Source: Hydrurus foetidus (Eukaryota). From it: 64,000 nt of DNA. The DNA is taken from positions 124,001-188,000 of the forward strand of contig UYFQ01000839.1 of the NCBI GenBank assembly GCA_900617105.1, read 5' to 3'. Positions within the stretch are counted from its first letter, which is position 1, and every line of letters begins with the position of its first letter. The notes under the pieces are model-generated. The model searched no databases. It saw nothing but the letters and a program-made list of their open reading frames with translations, and was not told the origin of the DNA. The translations under genes were made by a program, and so were the position numbers. Positions 52,054-64,000 of this stretch are shown here, piece after piece.

Positions 52054-55031
52054 ATGTCTAAGATTTCCGCGGGGCGCCTCGACGTCCTGAAGCTTGGTGT
52101 CTCCATGGGCGCCTTGGCGCTGGCCATCACGATGGCTGGAGCCGCATCTGCCCAGACCGCGCCGGCTCAGGCCGACGATAGCGCGGTCGAGGAAGTCGTC
52201 GTCACCGGCTTCCGCGCCAGTCTCGCCAACGCGCTCGACACGAAGCGCCGCGAGAACGACATGATCGACGTCATCAAGGCGACCGACATCGCCGACTTCC
52301 CCGATCTGAACCTGGCGGAATCGCTGCAGCGCATCCCAGGCGTATCGATCGACCGCGACGGCGGCGAAGGCCGCACGATCACCGTGCGTGGTCTGAATGC
52401 CGACTTCACCGTCGTGCGCCTGAACGGCCTGGAAGCCCTGGCCACCACGGGCGGCAAGGACGGCTCCGGCGGCGCCAACCGCAGCCGTCAGTTCGACTTC
52501 AGCATTTTCGCCTCGGAACTGTTCAACAGCGTCACCGTGCGCAAGTCGACCTCGGCGTCGAACGAAGAAGGCTCGCTGGGCGCGATCATCGATCTGCAGG
52601 CGGCTCGTCCGTTCGACTTCAACAAGTTCACCATGAGCGCCGGGGCCAAGTACGGCTGGAACGACCTGTCGCGCAAAAGCGACGCGCAACACCTGGAACG
52701 ATGGCAAGTTCGGCGCCCTGTTGTCGGTGGCCTACGCCAAGCGCCAGACGCTGGAAGAAGGCTCCTCGACCGGTCGTTGGGAAAACCCCAGCGTTCGCTT
52801 CAACTCTTCGACCGCCTTCCCCTGCACGGGCGCAGCCTATAACCCCGTCAGCGGTCCGCCCCTGACCTGCAGCCAGATCGGCACTGTCACCGGCGGCACC
52901 TCGCCGACCGTCGCCGCCGCCGCTGGCACCGCCAACAACCTTTGGCACCCGCGGATTCCGCGCTACGGTCGGCTCGAGTACAATCAGAAGCGTCTGGGCG
53001 TGACCGGTTCGCTGCAATGGCGTCCGACCGACAACTCGACCCTGACCCTGGACACCCTGTTCGCGGACTTCACCAACGACCGCGACGAGACCTATCTGGA
53101 AATCATCTCGTTCAGCCGCAGCGGCCAGGGCCTGCCCCAGACCGACGTCGTCAACTTCACGGCCGACGCCAAGGGTCACCTGATCAAGGGCACGTTCGAC
53201 GACGTCGACGCCCGCGTCGAGTATCGCCATGACGACCTGAACACCGAGTTCTTCCAGAACGTCCTGACCTACGACACCAAGATCGGCGACAAGGGCAAGT
53301 TCGTCGCCACCTACGGCCAGGCGCGTTCGATCCAGAACAACCCGGTCCAGACGACCTTCTCGTTCGACCGCTACAACAGCGACGGCTACAGCTACGACTA
53401 CTCGAACGATCCGCGTCGCCCGTCGTTCAACTACGGCTTCGATCCGACCAATCGGCCAACTACCAGTACAGCAACAGCTCGGCGCTGGGCGATGCGTCGC
53501 TGCTGCGCCTGCGTCCCAGCAAGGCCGTCAACACCTTCAAGACCTTCCGCATCGACTTCGACTATCAGGTCATGGACTGGCTGAAGGTTCGCACCGGCGC
53601 GGCCTTCAAGGAATACGGCTTCAATTCCTGGGAAAGCGCAACTTCTCGCGCGTGATTCCGGGCGGCACGGGCTTCGTGGCCGAAGCGGCGTTCCCGCTGC
53701 CGGCCGGCGTGACCGTCGCCGACGTCTCGCGTCTGATCACCGGCTTTGGCCGTGGTCTCGACATGCCGGCCGGTACGCCCACCTCGTGGATCGCGCCCGA
53801 CCTGGACAAGCTGAGGCCGCCCTTGGCTATGACTGCAACTGCATCAACGCCAACGGCGACTTCCGCCTCAGCTCGATCAACCAACTGGGCGCTGCGGGAA
53901 ATCGCCGAGAACGACACCTCCTACTATCTGCAAGGCGACTTCGATCGCGACTTCGGCTCGATCCCGGTTCGCGGCAATGTCGGCGTTCGCTGGGTGAAGA
54001 CCGAGCAGGACGCCCTGGGCCACTTCAACACCGGCAGCACCACGGTCTCGACCGTCACGCCGGTCGGCACGCTGTCGCAAACGGTCCCGACCGATGGCAT
54101 CCAGACCACGTCACGCAGCTACACCAACACGCTGCCGTCGATGAACGTCTCGGTCCAGCCGCTGGAGAACTTCTTCGTTCGCTTCGCGGCCGCCAAGGTC
54201 ATGACGCGTCCGCAGCTGCAGAACCTGACGCCGGGCTTCACGGCCAACAGCCAGTCGGCCCAGACCCTGACGCGCGGCAACCCGGACCTGAACCCGATGT
54301 TGTCCAACAACATCGACCTGGGCTTCGAGTGGTATCCTGACCGGGAAACCCTGTTCTCGATCGGTCTGTTCCAGAAGGACATCAAGTCCTTCATCCAGAC
54401 CACGGCGGTCGCGATGCCGTTTTCGGAAACGGGTCTGCCCACGAGCCTGCTGACCAACGGCAACACGCCGGACACGCTGTTCACGGTGACCTCGCAGCAG
54501 AACACCAAGGGCGGCAAGCTGAAGGGCTACGAGATCAGCCTGCAGCGTCCGTTCACCTTCCTGCCGGCGCCGTTTGACGGCTTTGGCGGCATCGTGAACT
54601 ACACGCACGTCAAGAGCGACATCGAGTACGTGATCGCCAACCCGACCTTCGGCGGCACCCCCCGGGTGCAGCTGACGCCGGCGACGCTGATCACCCAACC
54701 GCTCCTGAACCTGTCGCCGGAAGCCTATAACGGCACGCTGTACTACGAGAAGGCGGGCTTCAAGGCGCGCATCTCGGCGTCGTATCGCGACCCGTACCTG
54801 ATCCAGGTCGCCCCTTCGGCGACCAACAACAACGACGTCCGGATCAAGCAAAAGACCCTGAACGTCGACACCCAGGTCAGCTACGAGTTCAAGAACTTCA
54901 CCATCACGCTGGAAGGCATCAACCTGACCGACCAGTTCGACAGCAAGGTGGACGACTCGAACCGTCAAATCTCGGAAGAGTATGTGCACTTCGGTCGCCA
55001 GTATTATCTGGGCGTGAAGTACAAGTTCTAG
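52054..55031 (+). CDS. TonB-dependent receptor, carbohydrate type (frameshifted)
   Basis: Signal peptide, TonB box EEVVVTGFRASL, DIADFPDLNLAESLQRIPGVSI, GNPDLNP, C-terminal GRQYYLGVKYKF. Confidence 0.93.
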
Positions 55032-55054
55032 ACCTCAGCCTAGGCTGGAGAACG

Positions 55055-55086
55055 AGGGGCGTCGGCGAAAGCCGGCGCCCCTTTTT
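55055..55086 (+). terminator. intrinsic terminator
   Basis: AGGGGCGTCGGC-GAAA-GCCGGCGCCCCT then TTTT. Confidence 0.85.
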
Positions 55087-55088
55087 CG

Positions 55089-56228
55089 TCAGAGGCTGGC
55101 GACGCCGCCGATCCAGGTCTCGAGAACCCGCAGATCATCGTCCAGCAGCACCAGATCGGCGGCCTGGCCCACGGCGATCCGGCCGCGCTCGTCCTGCAGG
55201 CCCAGGAAGGCCGCCGGCGAGCCCGAGGCGATCGAGATAGCGTCCTGGAGCGACAGCCCCAGCATTGACATCGCGTTTCGCACCGCGCCGATCATGTCGA
55301 GATCCGAGCCGGCCAGGGTGCCGTGGGCGTCGACGCAAACGCCATCGACGACGTGGATCTGACGGCCCTGCAGGTCGAAGCTCTTGTCGATCATCCCGAC
55401 CGTAGGCATGGCGTCCGTCACCAGCATGAACCGGTCCAGCGGCCGGGTGCGCAGGGCGATGCGCAGCACTGCGGGGTCGACGTGACGACCATCGACAATC
55501 AGGCCGCACCAGGCGGTCTGGCTTTCCAGCGCCGCGCCGACCGCGCCAGGCTCGCGGCTGGTCAGCGGCGACATGGCGTTGAACAGGTGGGTGAAGCCGC
55601 TCAACCCGGCGGCCAGCGCCTTGCGCATGGTGCCGTAGGCGGCGTTGGTGTGACCGGCTGCAACAATAACACCCGCACTCGTCAGTTGACGGATCATATC
55701 CGGTGTCGTGGTCTCGGGGGCCAGGGTGACCAGGGTCTTGCCGACCCTCAGCGAACCCAGCAAGGCCAGGGCCGCGTCGTCGATGACCCGGAATTTGCCG
55801 GCGTCGTGGATGCCCTTGCGCTTCACATTGAGGAACGGGCCTTCGATGTGGATGCCCAGCACCCCGGGCACGCCGGCTTCGATGGCGGCTTCGGTGGCGC
55901 GCATGGCCCGATCGACCACGGCCAGGTCGTCACTGATCAAGGTGGGCAGGAAGCCGGTGGTGCCGAACGGGCGATGGGCCGCGCCGATCGCGGCGATGGT
56001 TTCTAACGTGGGGGCGTCGTTGAACAGCAGACCGCCGCCGCCATTGACCTGGGTGTCAATGAAGCCGGGAACCAGCAGGCCGCCGTTCAGGTCATGCCGC
56101 GTGACGTCGGCTGGCCCGTCGCCGGCGGCGAGGATCGCAGCGATCCTGCCGTTCTCGACCACCAGGCTCTTGCCGTCGACGACGCCGGCTTGCGTCAGGA
56201 TGCGGCCATTTACGAGGACTGACGGCAT
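55089..56228 (-). CDS. nagA: N-acetylglucosamine-6-phosphate deacetylase
   Basis: PGFIDTQVNG, GIHIEGPF, TLAPE, AGHT, THLFNAM, DGRHV, VTDAM, LAGS. Confidence 0.95.
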   Translation of the reverse strand: MPSVLVNGRILTQAGVVDGKSLVVENGRIAAILAAGDGPADVTRHDLNGGLLVPGFIDTQVNGGGGLLFNDAPTLETIAAIGAAHRPFGTTGFLPTLISDDLAVVDRAMRATEAAIEAGVPGVLGIHIEGPFLNVKRKGIHDAGKFRVIDDAALALLGSLRVGKTLVTLAPETTTPDMIRQLTSAGVIVAAGHTNAAYGTMRKALAAGLSGFTHLFNAMSPLTSREPGAVGAALESQTAWCGLIVDGRHVDPAVLRIALRTRPLDRFMLVTDAMPTVGMIDKSFDLQGRQIHVVDGVCVDAHGTLAGSDLDMIGAVRNAMSMLGLSLQDAISIASGSPAAFLGLQDERGRIAVGQAADLVLLDDDLRVLETWIGGVASL

Positions 56229-57302
56229 CAGACGGTTTCTGTCACCTTGTTGAGATGGGGCGGGCTGTCGGGGTTATAGCCGCGCGCGACGGAAAGTGCG
56301 TTGGCCATGCGATAGAAGCTCTGGATCATCAGGATCGGCTCGATCACGGGATGGGCGGCGAGGGCGGGCAGCACGCCGGCTCCCACTTCACCCGCGCCGA
56401 CCAGCAGGACGTCGGCGTCGCGGGCCGCCAGGCTGGCGGCCATCTCGTCGACGCTGCCCCGGCTTTCATCGTTCTGGGCGAAGACCAGGACGGGGAAACC
56501 GGTCTTCACCAGCGCCATCGGGCCATGCAGGACCTCGGCGGCGCTGAACGCTTCGGCGTGCAGGCCACAGGTTTCCTTGAACTTCAGGGCCGCCTCCTGG
56601 GCGACGCCGAACCCCACGCCGCGTCCCAGCACATAGGATTGCGGGCCAGCTTCCAGACGTTCGACGGCGGGCCCAGTCAGGGCAGGCCTCGGCCAGGCCG
56701 GCGGGCAGGGCGGCAAGGCCTTTGGCCAGATCTGCGTCCTCGGTCCAGGCCGCCACCAGCTGGGTGATGGCCGAGAGGGCGGCGATATAGGACTTGGTCG
56801 CCGCTACGCTCAGCTCGGGGCCGGCGTGCAGCGGCAGGACCTCGTCGACCAGCTCGGCCAAAGGCGAGGTCACATCATTAACCAAGGCGATGGTGAAGGC
56901 GCCCGCCGCCTTGGCGGCCCGCACCGAGGCCAGCAGGTCGGGGCTCTTGCCCGACTGCGAAATGGCCAGATAGAGCACCCCCTCCATGTTCTGGGTGGCG
57001 GCGTAGACCGAGCTGACCGACAGGCCGGCCGATGAGGTCAGGACGCCGGTGCGGGTCTCGATCAGATATTTGGCGAAGGTGGCGGCGTGGTCCGAGCTGC
57101 CCCGGGCGCAGGTGACGACGGCGCGGGGCGGATTGGCGCGCAGACGCCGGGCGATAGCCTCGACCCGGGCGGCGTTGGCGGTCAGCTGGGCGGCGACGAC
57201 CTGGGCGGCCTGACCCGCTTCCAGGAACATGCGGGTCGATTCCGGCGCCAGCAGCGCCGATGTCGCGGGGGCCTGCGGTCGGGTCAAGGTCGTGGCCTCC
57301 AA
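56228..57302 (-). CDS. nagB: SIS-domain glucosamine-6-phosphate deaminase, NagB-II type (frameshifted)
   Basis: ARGSSDHAA, ISQSGKSPDL, VAATKSY, EAALKFKETC, EVLHGP, PPHLNKVTET. Confidence 0.85.
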
Positions 57303-57315
57303 GATGCGTCTTCCT

Positions 57316-58059
57316 TCAGGACAGGGCGTTCAGTTCGGCGACGAAGTCATAGGCGTCGCCGCGATAGTAGGATTGTGTGACTTCCACCGCCCGGCCGTCC
57401 TTCAGGAACCCGCGTCGCTCGATGAGCAGGCCGGCGTCCTTGACGGGCACGCCCAGCAGATCGGCGTGCTCGGCGTTGAACAGGACGGCGCGAAGGCGCT
57501 GCAGGGCGCGGACGGGCCGGTGCCCTGTGGCTTCCAGCGCCTCATAGAGCGAGGTTCCCACGGTTTCCGTCGAGGGCAGGGCGAAGGCGGCGACGGTGGT
57601 GTACTCGACCGCCATCGGCGCGCCGTCGGCATAACGGATCCGGGCGAAACGATAGACCGGCGTGCCGGGCGACAGGCCAAGCGTCAGCGATTCTTCGGGC
57701 GTCACCGAGCCTTCGCTCTTGCTGATCCACTCGCTGCGCGGCACCCGGCCACGCGAAATCATGTCTTCTGTAAACGACGAGAGCTTGGAGAAGCTCTTTT
57801 CCACCCGAGCGGCGACGAAGGTGCCGGCGCCCTGGCGGCGGGTCAGCAGGCCCTCGCTGACCAGACCGTCCAGCGCCTTGCGCACCGTAATGCGCGAGAT
57901 GCTGAATTCCTCGGCCATGTCCCGCTCGGCGGGCAGGGCGTCATCGGGGCCCAGGATCTTCTTGTGGATCGCGTCGCGCAGGGCGCGCTGCAATTGCTTG
58001 TAAAGGGGCGCGTGCTCGGCGCCGCCGGCGTCGAGCCTGCCAATCCGTTCCGAAAACAT
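57316..58059 (-). CDS. nagQ: GntR/HutC-family GlcNAc regulator
   Basis: PLYKQL, LPAERDMAEEFSISRITVRKAL, QGAGTFV, UTRA domain; heads the nag operon. Confidence 0.8.
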   Translation of the reverse strand: MFSERIGRLDAGGAEHAPLYKQLQRALRDAIHKKILGPDDALPAERDMAEEFSISRITVRKALDGLVSEGLLTRRQGAGTFVAARVEKSFSKLSSFTEDMISRGRVPRSEWISKSEGSVTPEESLTLGLSPGTPVYRFARIRYADGAPMAVEYTTVAAFALPSTETVGTSLYEALEATGHRPVRALQRLRAVLFNAEHADLLGVPVKDAGLLIERRGFLKDGRAVEVTQSYYRGDAYDFVAELNALS

Positions 58060-58118
58060 GGTCAAATCAGCCTCCCCCACAAATCAACGCCATCGTCTGG
58101 TCGTCTCGATAACATATG

Positions 58119-58167
58119 ACCATTTTCATACCAATAAGAACATGGTCTGCAATTGGTTTCTTTTTGG
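58119..58167. promoter_or_regulatory. tandem TGG(T) operator arrays in the nagQ / TonB receptor divergent promoter
   Basis: ACCA at 58119 and 58130; TGG at 58143, 58154 and 58165 (11-bp period); another TGGTACCA at 58249-58256. Confidence 0.55.
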
Positions 58168-58315
58168 CCTTGTCATTCGACAAATTTCCGTCACAGTCTG
58201 GCTCCGAGGCCTGAGAAGTACCGCGATCTGCGGACGTCCGTAGATAATTGGTACCACATTGGGCTTGGGGTTCGGCTCCGGGCCTAGGCCCGGCGAAATG
58301 GGGAGAAGCCGAGTT

Positions 58316-60981
58316 ATGAGAAGCTTTAACAAGATGGTCCTGACCGCGTCCGCCAGTGCTCTGGCGGTGATGGTCGCAATGCCCGCCTACGCGCAAACCG
58401 CGCCGGCGGACGCGGTCGACGAAGTTGTCGTCACCGGCATCCGCGCCTCTCTGCAGGCGGCGATGCAGCAGAAGCGTAACTCCGACCTGGTGTCGGAAGT
58501 GGTCACCGCCGAAGACATCGGCAAGTTCCCGGACAAGAACGTCGCCGACTCTCTGTCGCGCGTTTCGGGCGTCAATGTCGTCACCGGCTCGGCCGCGGCG
58601 GGCGGTTTTGGTGAGAATGAGCGCGTCAGCGTTCGCGGCACCGACCCCAACCTCAACCTGACACTGCTCAACGGCCACAACATGGCCACCGGCGACTGGT
58701 TCGTTCTGGATCAGACCAGCGGCGGCCGCAGCTTCAACTATTCCATGCTGCCGTCGGAAGTCGTCGGTCGTATCGACATCATCAAGAGCTCGGCGGCCAA
58801 CCTCCCCGAGGGCGGCGTCGGCGGCACGGTCGACGTGCACACCCGCATGCCGCTGGACCTGCCCAGCATGACGGCCAACGCCTCGGTCCAGGGTCTGTAT
58901 GCGACCCGCGCCGAAAAGTGGACGCCCCAGGTTTCGGGCATGCTCAGCTGGAAGAACGAGGCCGGCACCTTCGGGGCCCTGGTCGGCGCCTTCTATCAGG
59001 AGCGTGAATTCCGTCGCGATGGCCAGGAAATCCTCGGCTATGCCGAGTATCAGAACTTCGCCGGCACGGGTCAGACTGTCCTGGCCCCGAACCTGATCGG
59101 CAACGCCTTCTTCCAGCAGACCCGCAAGCGCAAGGGCGCTAACTTCGTCACCCAGTGGGAGCCGAACGAGAAGCTGGAACTGTCGTTCTCGGGCCTCTAC
59201 ACCAAGATGGACGCCGACAACACCAACGTGAACCGCATGGCGTGGGTCAACAATCTGATCTCGGCCAATACGGGTCCGGCGGGCGCGGCCGGCAATGCGC
59301 TGACCTCTTACAAGATCAGCAACGGCGTTCTGACCGCAGCGACCTGGGCGGCGACCTCGCCGAACAGGACCAAGAGCCGGGGCATGGTGCAGGATGACAT
59401 CTTCCGCACCGCGCATTCGACCTCCTGGGATCTGAACCTCGATGGCGTCTATCACGCCAGCGACAACCTCAAGATCAGCGGTAACATCGGCTACACCAAG
59501 GGTGAAGTACCACGGACGACACCGAGGCGTGGGAAACCTACTGGGAAACCGGCATGAGCTACGAGCTCGGCGCGCCGGTCACTAAGGTCAGCTATCCCGG
59601 CCTCCCGGCCGTCGGTTCGGCCGCCTATCTGAACAACTTCTACAGCTGGTCGTGGGGCGGCAAGGTCGAGAGCCCGGACGAGGAATTCTACGCCAAGGGC
59701 GACGTCGAATACACGGTCGACAACGGCTATCTGAAGACCCTGCTGTTCGGCGGCCGCTATACCGACCACACCCGCGAAGTGAACTACACTGCCTATGGCT
59801 GGGCCGGTAACGGCGTCTACAGCGGCACCTCGGGCGTCGACCTGGGCACCGTGGTCGGCAAGTCGACGCCGTCCAACTATGGCGAGGACATCGGTCTGTC
59901 GGGTCAGGGTTACGTCCTCGCGGACCGCGCCAAGGTCCTGGCCACCCTGGCCACCAACGGCGGTCGTCAGTTCGCCTACTATCCGCCGCTGAGCTTCGCG
60001 GTGCAGGAAAAGACCCAGGCCGTCTATGCGATGGCCAAGCTCGGCGGCGATCGCTGGCGCGGTAATGTCGGCGTCCGCGCCGTCCATACCGACCAGGACA
60101 CCACCCAGTATTCAGGCTCGGTAACGCCTCCGACGATCACCAACCTGTTTGGCTCGTTCGGCCCACAACGTCAATCGCGACTACTGGGACATCCTGCCCA
60201 GCGCGACCCTGGTCGTGAAAGCCGACGAGGATGTCGTGGTTCGCCTCTCGGCCGCCAAGGTCATGTCGCGGCCGGGCTACGCCCAGTTGGCCGGCTCGTT
60301 CAGCCTGAACGACACGGCCGTCACCGGCCGCCGGCAGCAACCCGGAACTGGATCCTTTCCGCGCCTGGCAGTTCAACGCCGCCGCCGAATGGTATTATGG
60401 CCCAGGATCCTGCTGTCGGTCGGCGTCTTCCTGCTGGATATCGACAGCTACATCACCAGCCGGACCTACAAGGAGTACCACGTCACCCAGCAGACCCAGC
60501 AGCGTCTGGGCGTCGGCAAGGGTGACACCTTCATGACGGGTCCGATCAACGGAGAGGGCGGCACCAACCGCGGCTTCGAGGTCACCCTTCAGCAGCCCAT
60601 CGGCGGCGGCTTCGGCTTCATCGGCAACTACACCTATTCGGACGCTCAGACCGACCTGGGCAAGCCGATCGATGGCAGCTCAAGCACACCTACAACCTGA
60701 CGGGCTATTTCGAGAACGACCTGCTCAGCGCGCGGCTGGCCTACAGCTACCGCTCGAAGTTCAAGTCGGGCACCGATCGCGGCACCGACATGTTCCAGGA
60801 CAATTTCGCCACCCTGGACGGCTCTGTCAGCGTCAATGTCAACGAGACCATCGCGCTGACCTTCGATGCCCAGAACCTGCTGAACGAGAAGCTGAAGTAC
60901 TTCGTGGGCACGCCTGACGTGCCGCGCGCGATCTACGACAACGGCCGCACCTTCTACGCCGGGGTCCGCTTCAAGTTCTAA
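58316..60981 (+). CDS. TonB-dependent receptor for GlcNAc/chitooligosaccharides (frameshifted)
   Basis: DEVVVTGIRASL, EDIGKFPDKNVADSL, C-terminal GRTFYAGVRFKF; lies between nagQ and the GH20 gene. Confidence 0.9.
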
Positions 60982-60987
60982 GGCGCT

Positions 60988-61032
60988 TCGGGACTTCCGA
61001 CCCCCTCTCCGGAAGTCCCGATCTTCTTCTTT
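60988..61032 (+). terminator. intrinsic terminator after TonB receptor
   Basis: TCGGGACTTCCG...CGGAAGTCCCGA then TCTTCTTCTTT. Confidence 0.7.
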
Positions 61033-61137
61033 CAGGCGACGATTGCATCGGGGGCGGCATGGTTCAGGATCACCTGATGACCGGTCCGCTTCGCATCGAC
61101 GCCAGATCCATCCTCCTGACCTGCAAGCCTGGAGCTA

Positions 61138-61170
61138 GGGCGGAGCGCACTGTCGCTCCGCCCGCTTTTT
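61138..61170 (+). terminator. second terminator-like hairpin before the GH20 gene
   Basis: GGGCGGAGCG-CACTGT-CGCTCCGCCC-GCTTTTT. Confidence 0.6.
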
Positions 61171-61222
61171 GCCGCAGCCCGTCCGCTCCCTTATCCGTGC
61201 CCGTATCTGTGAGAGCCTGTCG

Positions 61223-63513
61223 ATGACCCTCGCCCGATCCGTCGCCGCCGCTCTGGCGTCCGTCCTGGCGCTCGCCGCCGCCGTTCCGGCCCTGGCGGGG
61301 CCCGTGGCCCTGACGCCGATGCCGGCCAGACTGTCGACCGCCGAGGGCGCCTTTCCGCTGACCGCCAAGACCCGGATCTTCGTCGCCAGGGGCGATGTCG
61401 AGGCCCGGGGCGTGGCCGTCCAGCTTTCCGATCTCCTGTTCCGCGCCCGGGGCCTGAAGCCCGCCGTCGTCGAAGGTGCTCCGCCCGCCGGCGAGACCGC
61501 CATCGTCCTGGCGCGCGGCGGCGCGGCTGGCGAGGCCTACGCCCTGCAGTCGGGCCCCTCCGGCGTGACTATTACCGCCGCCAAGCGCGCGGGCCTGTTC
61601 TACGGCGCCATGACCCTGTGGCAGCTGGCCACCCAGGAAGCCGGCAAGGGTCCGGTCGACCTGCCCGCCGTGGCTATCGAGGACGCGCCCCGCTTTGGCT
61701 GGCGCGGCCTGATGGTCGACAGCGCCCGCCACGTTCAGTCGGTCGAGACCCTGCGCGGGATCATCGACGCCATGGCGGCTCACAAGCTCAACACCTTCCA
61801 CTGGCATCTGGTCGACGACCAGGGCTGGCGGCTGGAGATCAAGAAGTACCCGAAACTCACTGAGCTCGGCGCCTGGCGCACCCCGGCCGGCGCGGCGGGC
61901 AAGGATCCGAAGACCGGCAAGGCCCTTCGCTATGGCGGCTTCTACACCCAGGACGAGGTGCGCGAGCTGGTCGCCTACGCGGCCGCCCGCAACGTCACCA
62001 TCGTGCCCGAGATCGAGATGCCCGGCCACGCCCTGGCGCCGATCGTCGCCTATCCGCAGCTGGGCGTGAACGCCAATCCGCCGGCCATCGACCGCAACAA
62101 CTGGGGTATCTTCCCCTGGCTCTATAATCTCGACGACGGCACGTTCGCCTTCCTGAACGACGTGCTGGACGAGGTCATGGACCTCTTCCCCAGCGACTAT
62201 ATCCACGTCGGCGGCGATGAGGCCGTGAAGGACCAGTGGAAGGCCAGCGCGAAGATACAGGCGCAGATGAAGGCCCTGGGCCTGAAGGACGAGCACGAAG
62301 CCCAGAGCTATTTCATCCAGCGGGTCGGCAAGCATCTGGATGCGCGCGGCCGACGCCTGATCGGCTGGGATGAAATCCTCGAAGGCGGCCTGGCCCCCAA
62401 CGCCACTGTGATGTCCTGGCGCGGCCTGGAGGGCGCGATCGCCGCCGCCAAGCTGGGCCACGACACGGTGCTGTCGCCCTGGCCGCTGATGTATCTGGAC
62501 AACCGCCAGAGCGCCTCGCCTGACGAGCCTCCGGGCCGCGGCCGGGTAGTCAGCCTCAAGGACGTCTACGACTTCGATCCGGCTCCCAAGGCGATGACCG
62601 AGGCAGAGCGTAAGCATGTCATCGGCCTGCAGGGTAATGCTTGGACCGAGCACATGCGCACCGACGCGCGGCTGGAGCGCATGATCTTCCGCGCTTGGTC
62701 GCCGTGGCCGAGCGGGGCTGGTCGCCGCAGACCACCACCGACTGGGCTGATTTCAACCGCCGCATGCCGGCCGAGTTCGCCCGCCTGGACGCCCTGGGCG
62801 TGGCCTATGACGCCGTGCCCTTCGAACCCCAGGTCACGCTGTCGCCCGGCGAGAGCGGCAAGGTGGATGTCGCCCTGGCCTCCAGCCTGGCCATCGGCGA
62901 GATCCGCTACACGGTCGGCGGGGCCGAGCCGACGATGGCCTCGAGCCTTTATGAGAAGGCCCTGGCCCTGACCGTCAATGACAAGCTCCGGGCTCGGACG
63001 TTTATCGACGGCCGTCCCCTGGGCCGCATCCGCGACCTCAGCGTCAATCCTGACTCCCTGCTCACCCGCACCGGCCACCAGCTGAAGGCGTGCAGCGACA
63101 AGCTGACCCTGCTGCTGGAAGACGATGCTCCGGTCCAGGGTGACCGCGCCGTATTCCATGTCGACATCATGAACCCCTGCTGGATCTGGGAAGGCGCGGA
63201 CCTGTCCAAGGGTGCGACCCTGACCGCGCGCATTGGCCAGGTTCCGTTCAACTTCCAGATCGGCGCCGAGCGCGAGAAAATCGCGCTGCGCAAGCCCGCC
63301 ACGCCCGAGGGCGAGCTGGAGGTGCTGCTGGGCTGCGAGGGCGAGCGCATCGCCGCCATCCCCCTGGGCAAGGCCGCCCGCGAGCCGGCCCTGTCGACGA
63401 TCAGCGGCAAGATCCCGGCGCGCGCCGGCCAGCACGACCTGTGCCTGATGTTCACGTCAAAAAGCGTCGACCCGACCTTCGCCATCGACCGCGTCACGCT
63501 CAAGCCGAACTAG
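61223..63513 (+). CDS. GH20 beta-N-acetylhexosaminidase (frameshifted)
   Basis: EDAPRFGWRGLMVDSARH, FHWHLVDDQGWR, PEIEMPGH, HVGGDEA, IGWDEI, NAWTE. Confidence 0.93.
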
Positions 63514-63533
63514 TTTTTCGAGAGAGTAACCCC

Positions 63534-64000
63534 GTGTCCAATCTCGTTCTTTCCGCGCCGCTGCAGGGCTGGATCGCGCCGCTCGACGAGACGCCTGACG
63601 CGGTGTTCGCCCAGCGCATGCTGGGCGACGGCCTGGCCATCGACCCCACGGGTTCGATGCTGCATGCGCCGTGCGATGCGGTGGTGATGACGGTGCACCG
63701 GGCCCGCCACGCCGTGACCCTGCGCGCCGCCAACGGCGCCGAGATCCTCATGCATCTTGGACTGGAGACCGTGGCGCTGGAGGGCGCGGGCTTCGAGGTG
63801 CAGGTCCGCGAGGGGCAGAGCGTCAAGGCCGGCGATCCGCTGATCGCCTTCGACCTGGACTTCCTGGCCCAGAACGTTCGCAGCCTGATCACGCCGATCG
63901 TCATCACCAATCCCGAAGCCTTCCAGATCGTGCGGCGCGAGCAGGACCGGGCTGCCGAGGTCGGCGACGCCTTGATGGAGCTGTCGCCGATCGGCGGATC
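63534..64000 (+). CDS. PTS EIIA(Glc-family) domain protein, probably the start of an EIIA-HPr-EI fusion (partial)
   Basis: PLDETPDAVFAQRMLGDGLAIDP, HAVTL, EILMHLGLETVALEGAGF, VKAGDPLIAFD. Confidence 0.88.
   Translation, partial: MSNLVLSAPLQGWIAPLDETPDAVFAQRMLGDGLAIDPTGSMLHAPCDAVVMTVHRARHAVTLRAANGAEILMHLGLETVALEGAGFEVQVREGQSVKAGDPLIAFDLDFLAQNVRSLITPIVITNPEAFQIVRREQDRAAEVGDALMELSPIGG

Overview
This is high-GC alphaproteobacterial DNA. Gene content and order (mcpB-cagA-mcpA-cheXYAWRBYDU-cleA-cheE, the nag/TonB-receptor cluster, xerC-priA) point to a Caulobacter-like organism. Many ordinary genes are broken by small indels, most likely long-read consensus errors, so CDS limits are reconstructed across frames. 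In order, the window holds: a partial MCP, xerC, DUF484, priA, terC, an acyltransferase, a CHAP protein and corA; an accessory AraC cassette with an unannotated 47-aa, 8-Cys metallothionein-like peptide; lipid and housekeeping genes and zur; a polyamine locus (ornithine decarboxylase, cupin, deoxyhypusine-synthase-like); a Pho-box-rich phosphate-starvation block (phnCDE, OprO/P porin, pstS, plcP/agt-like pair); a 1.2-kb non-coding stretch with palindromic repeats, a 150-nt rod hairpin and a candidate ~380-nt multi-domain structured RNA; the major chemotaxis operon; a TonB-dependent receptor with two LacI-type operators; and a GlcNAc/chitooligosaccharide utilisation cluster. The strongest novelty candidates are the ~380-nt RNA (29298-29676) and the metallothionein-like peptide cassette (11078-11221).
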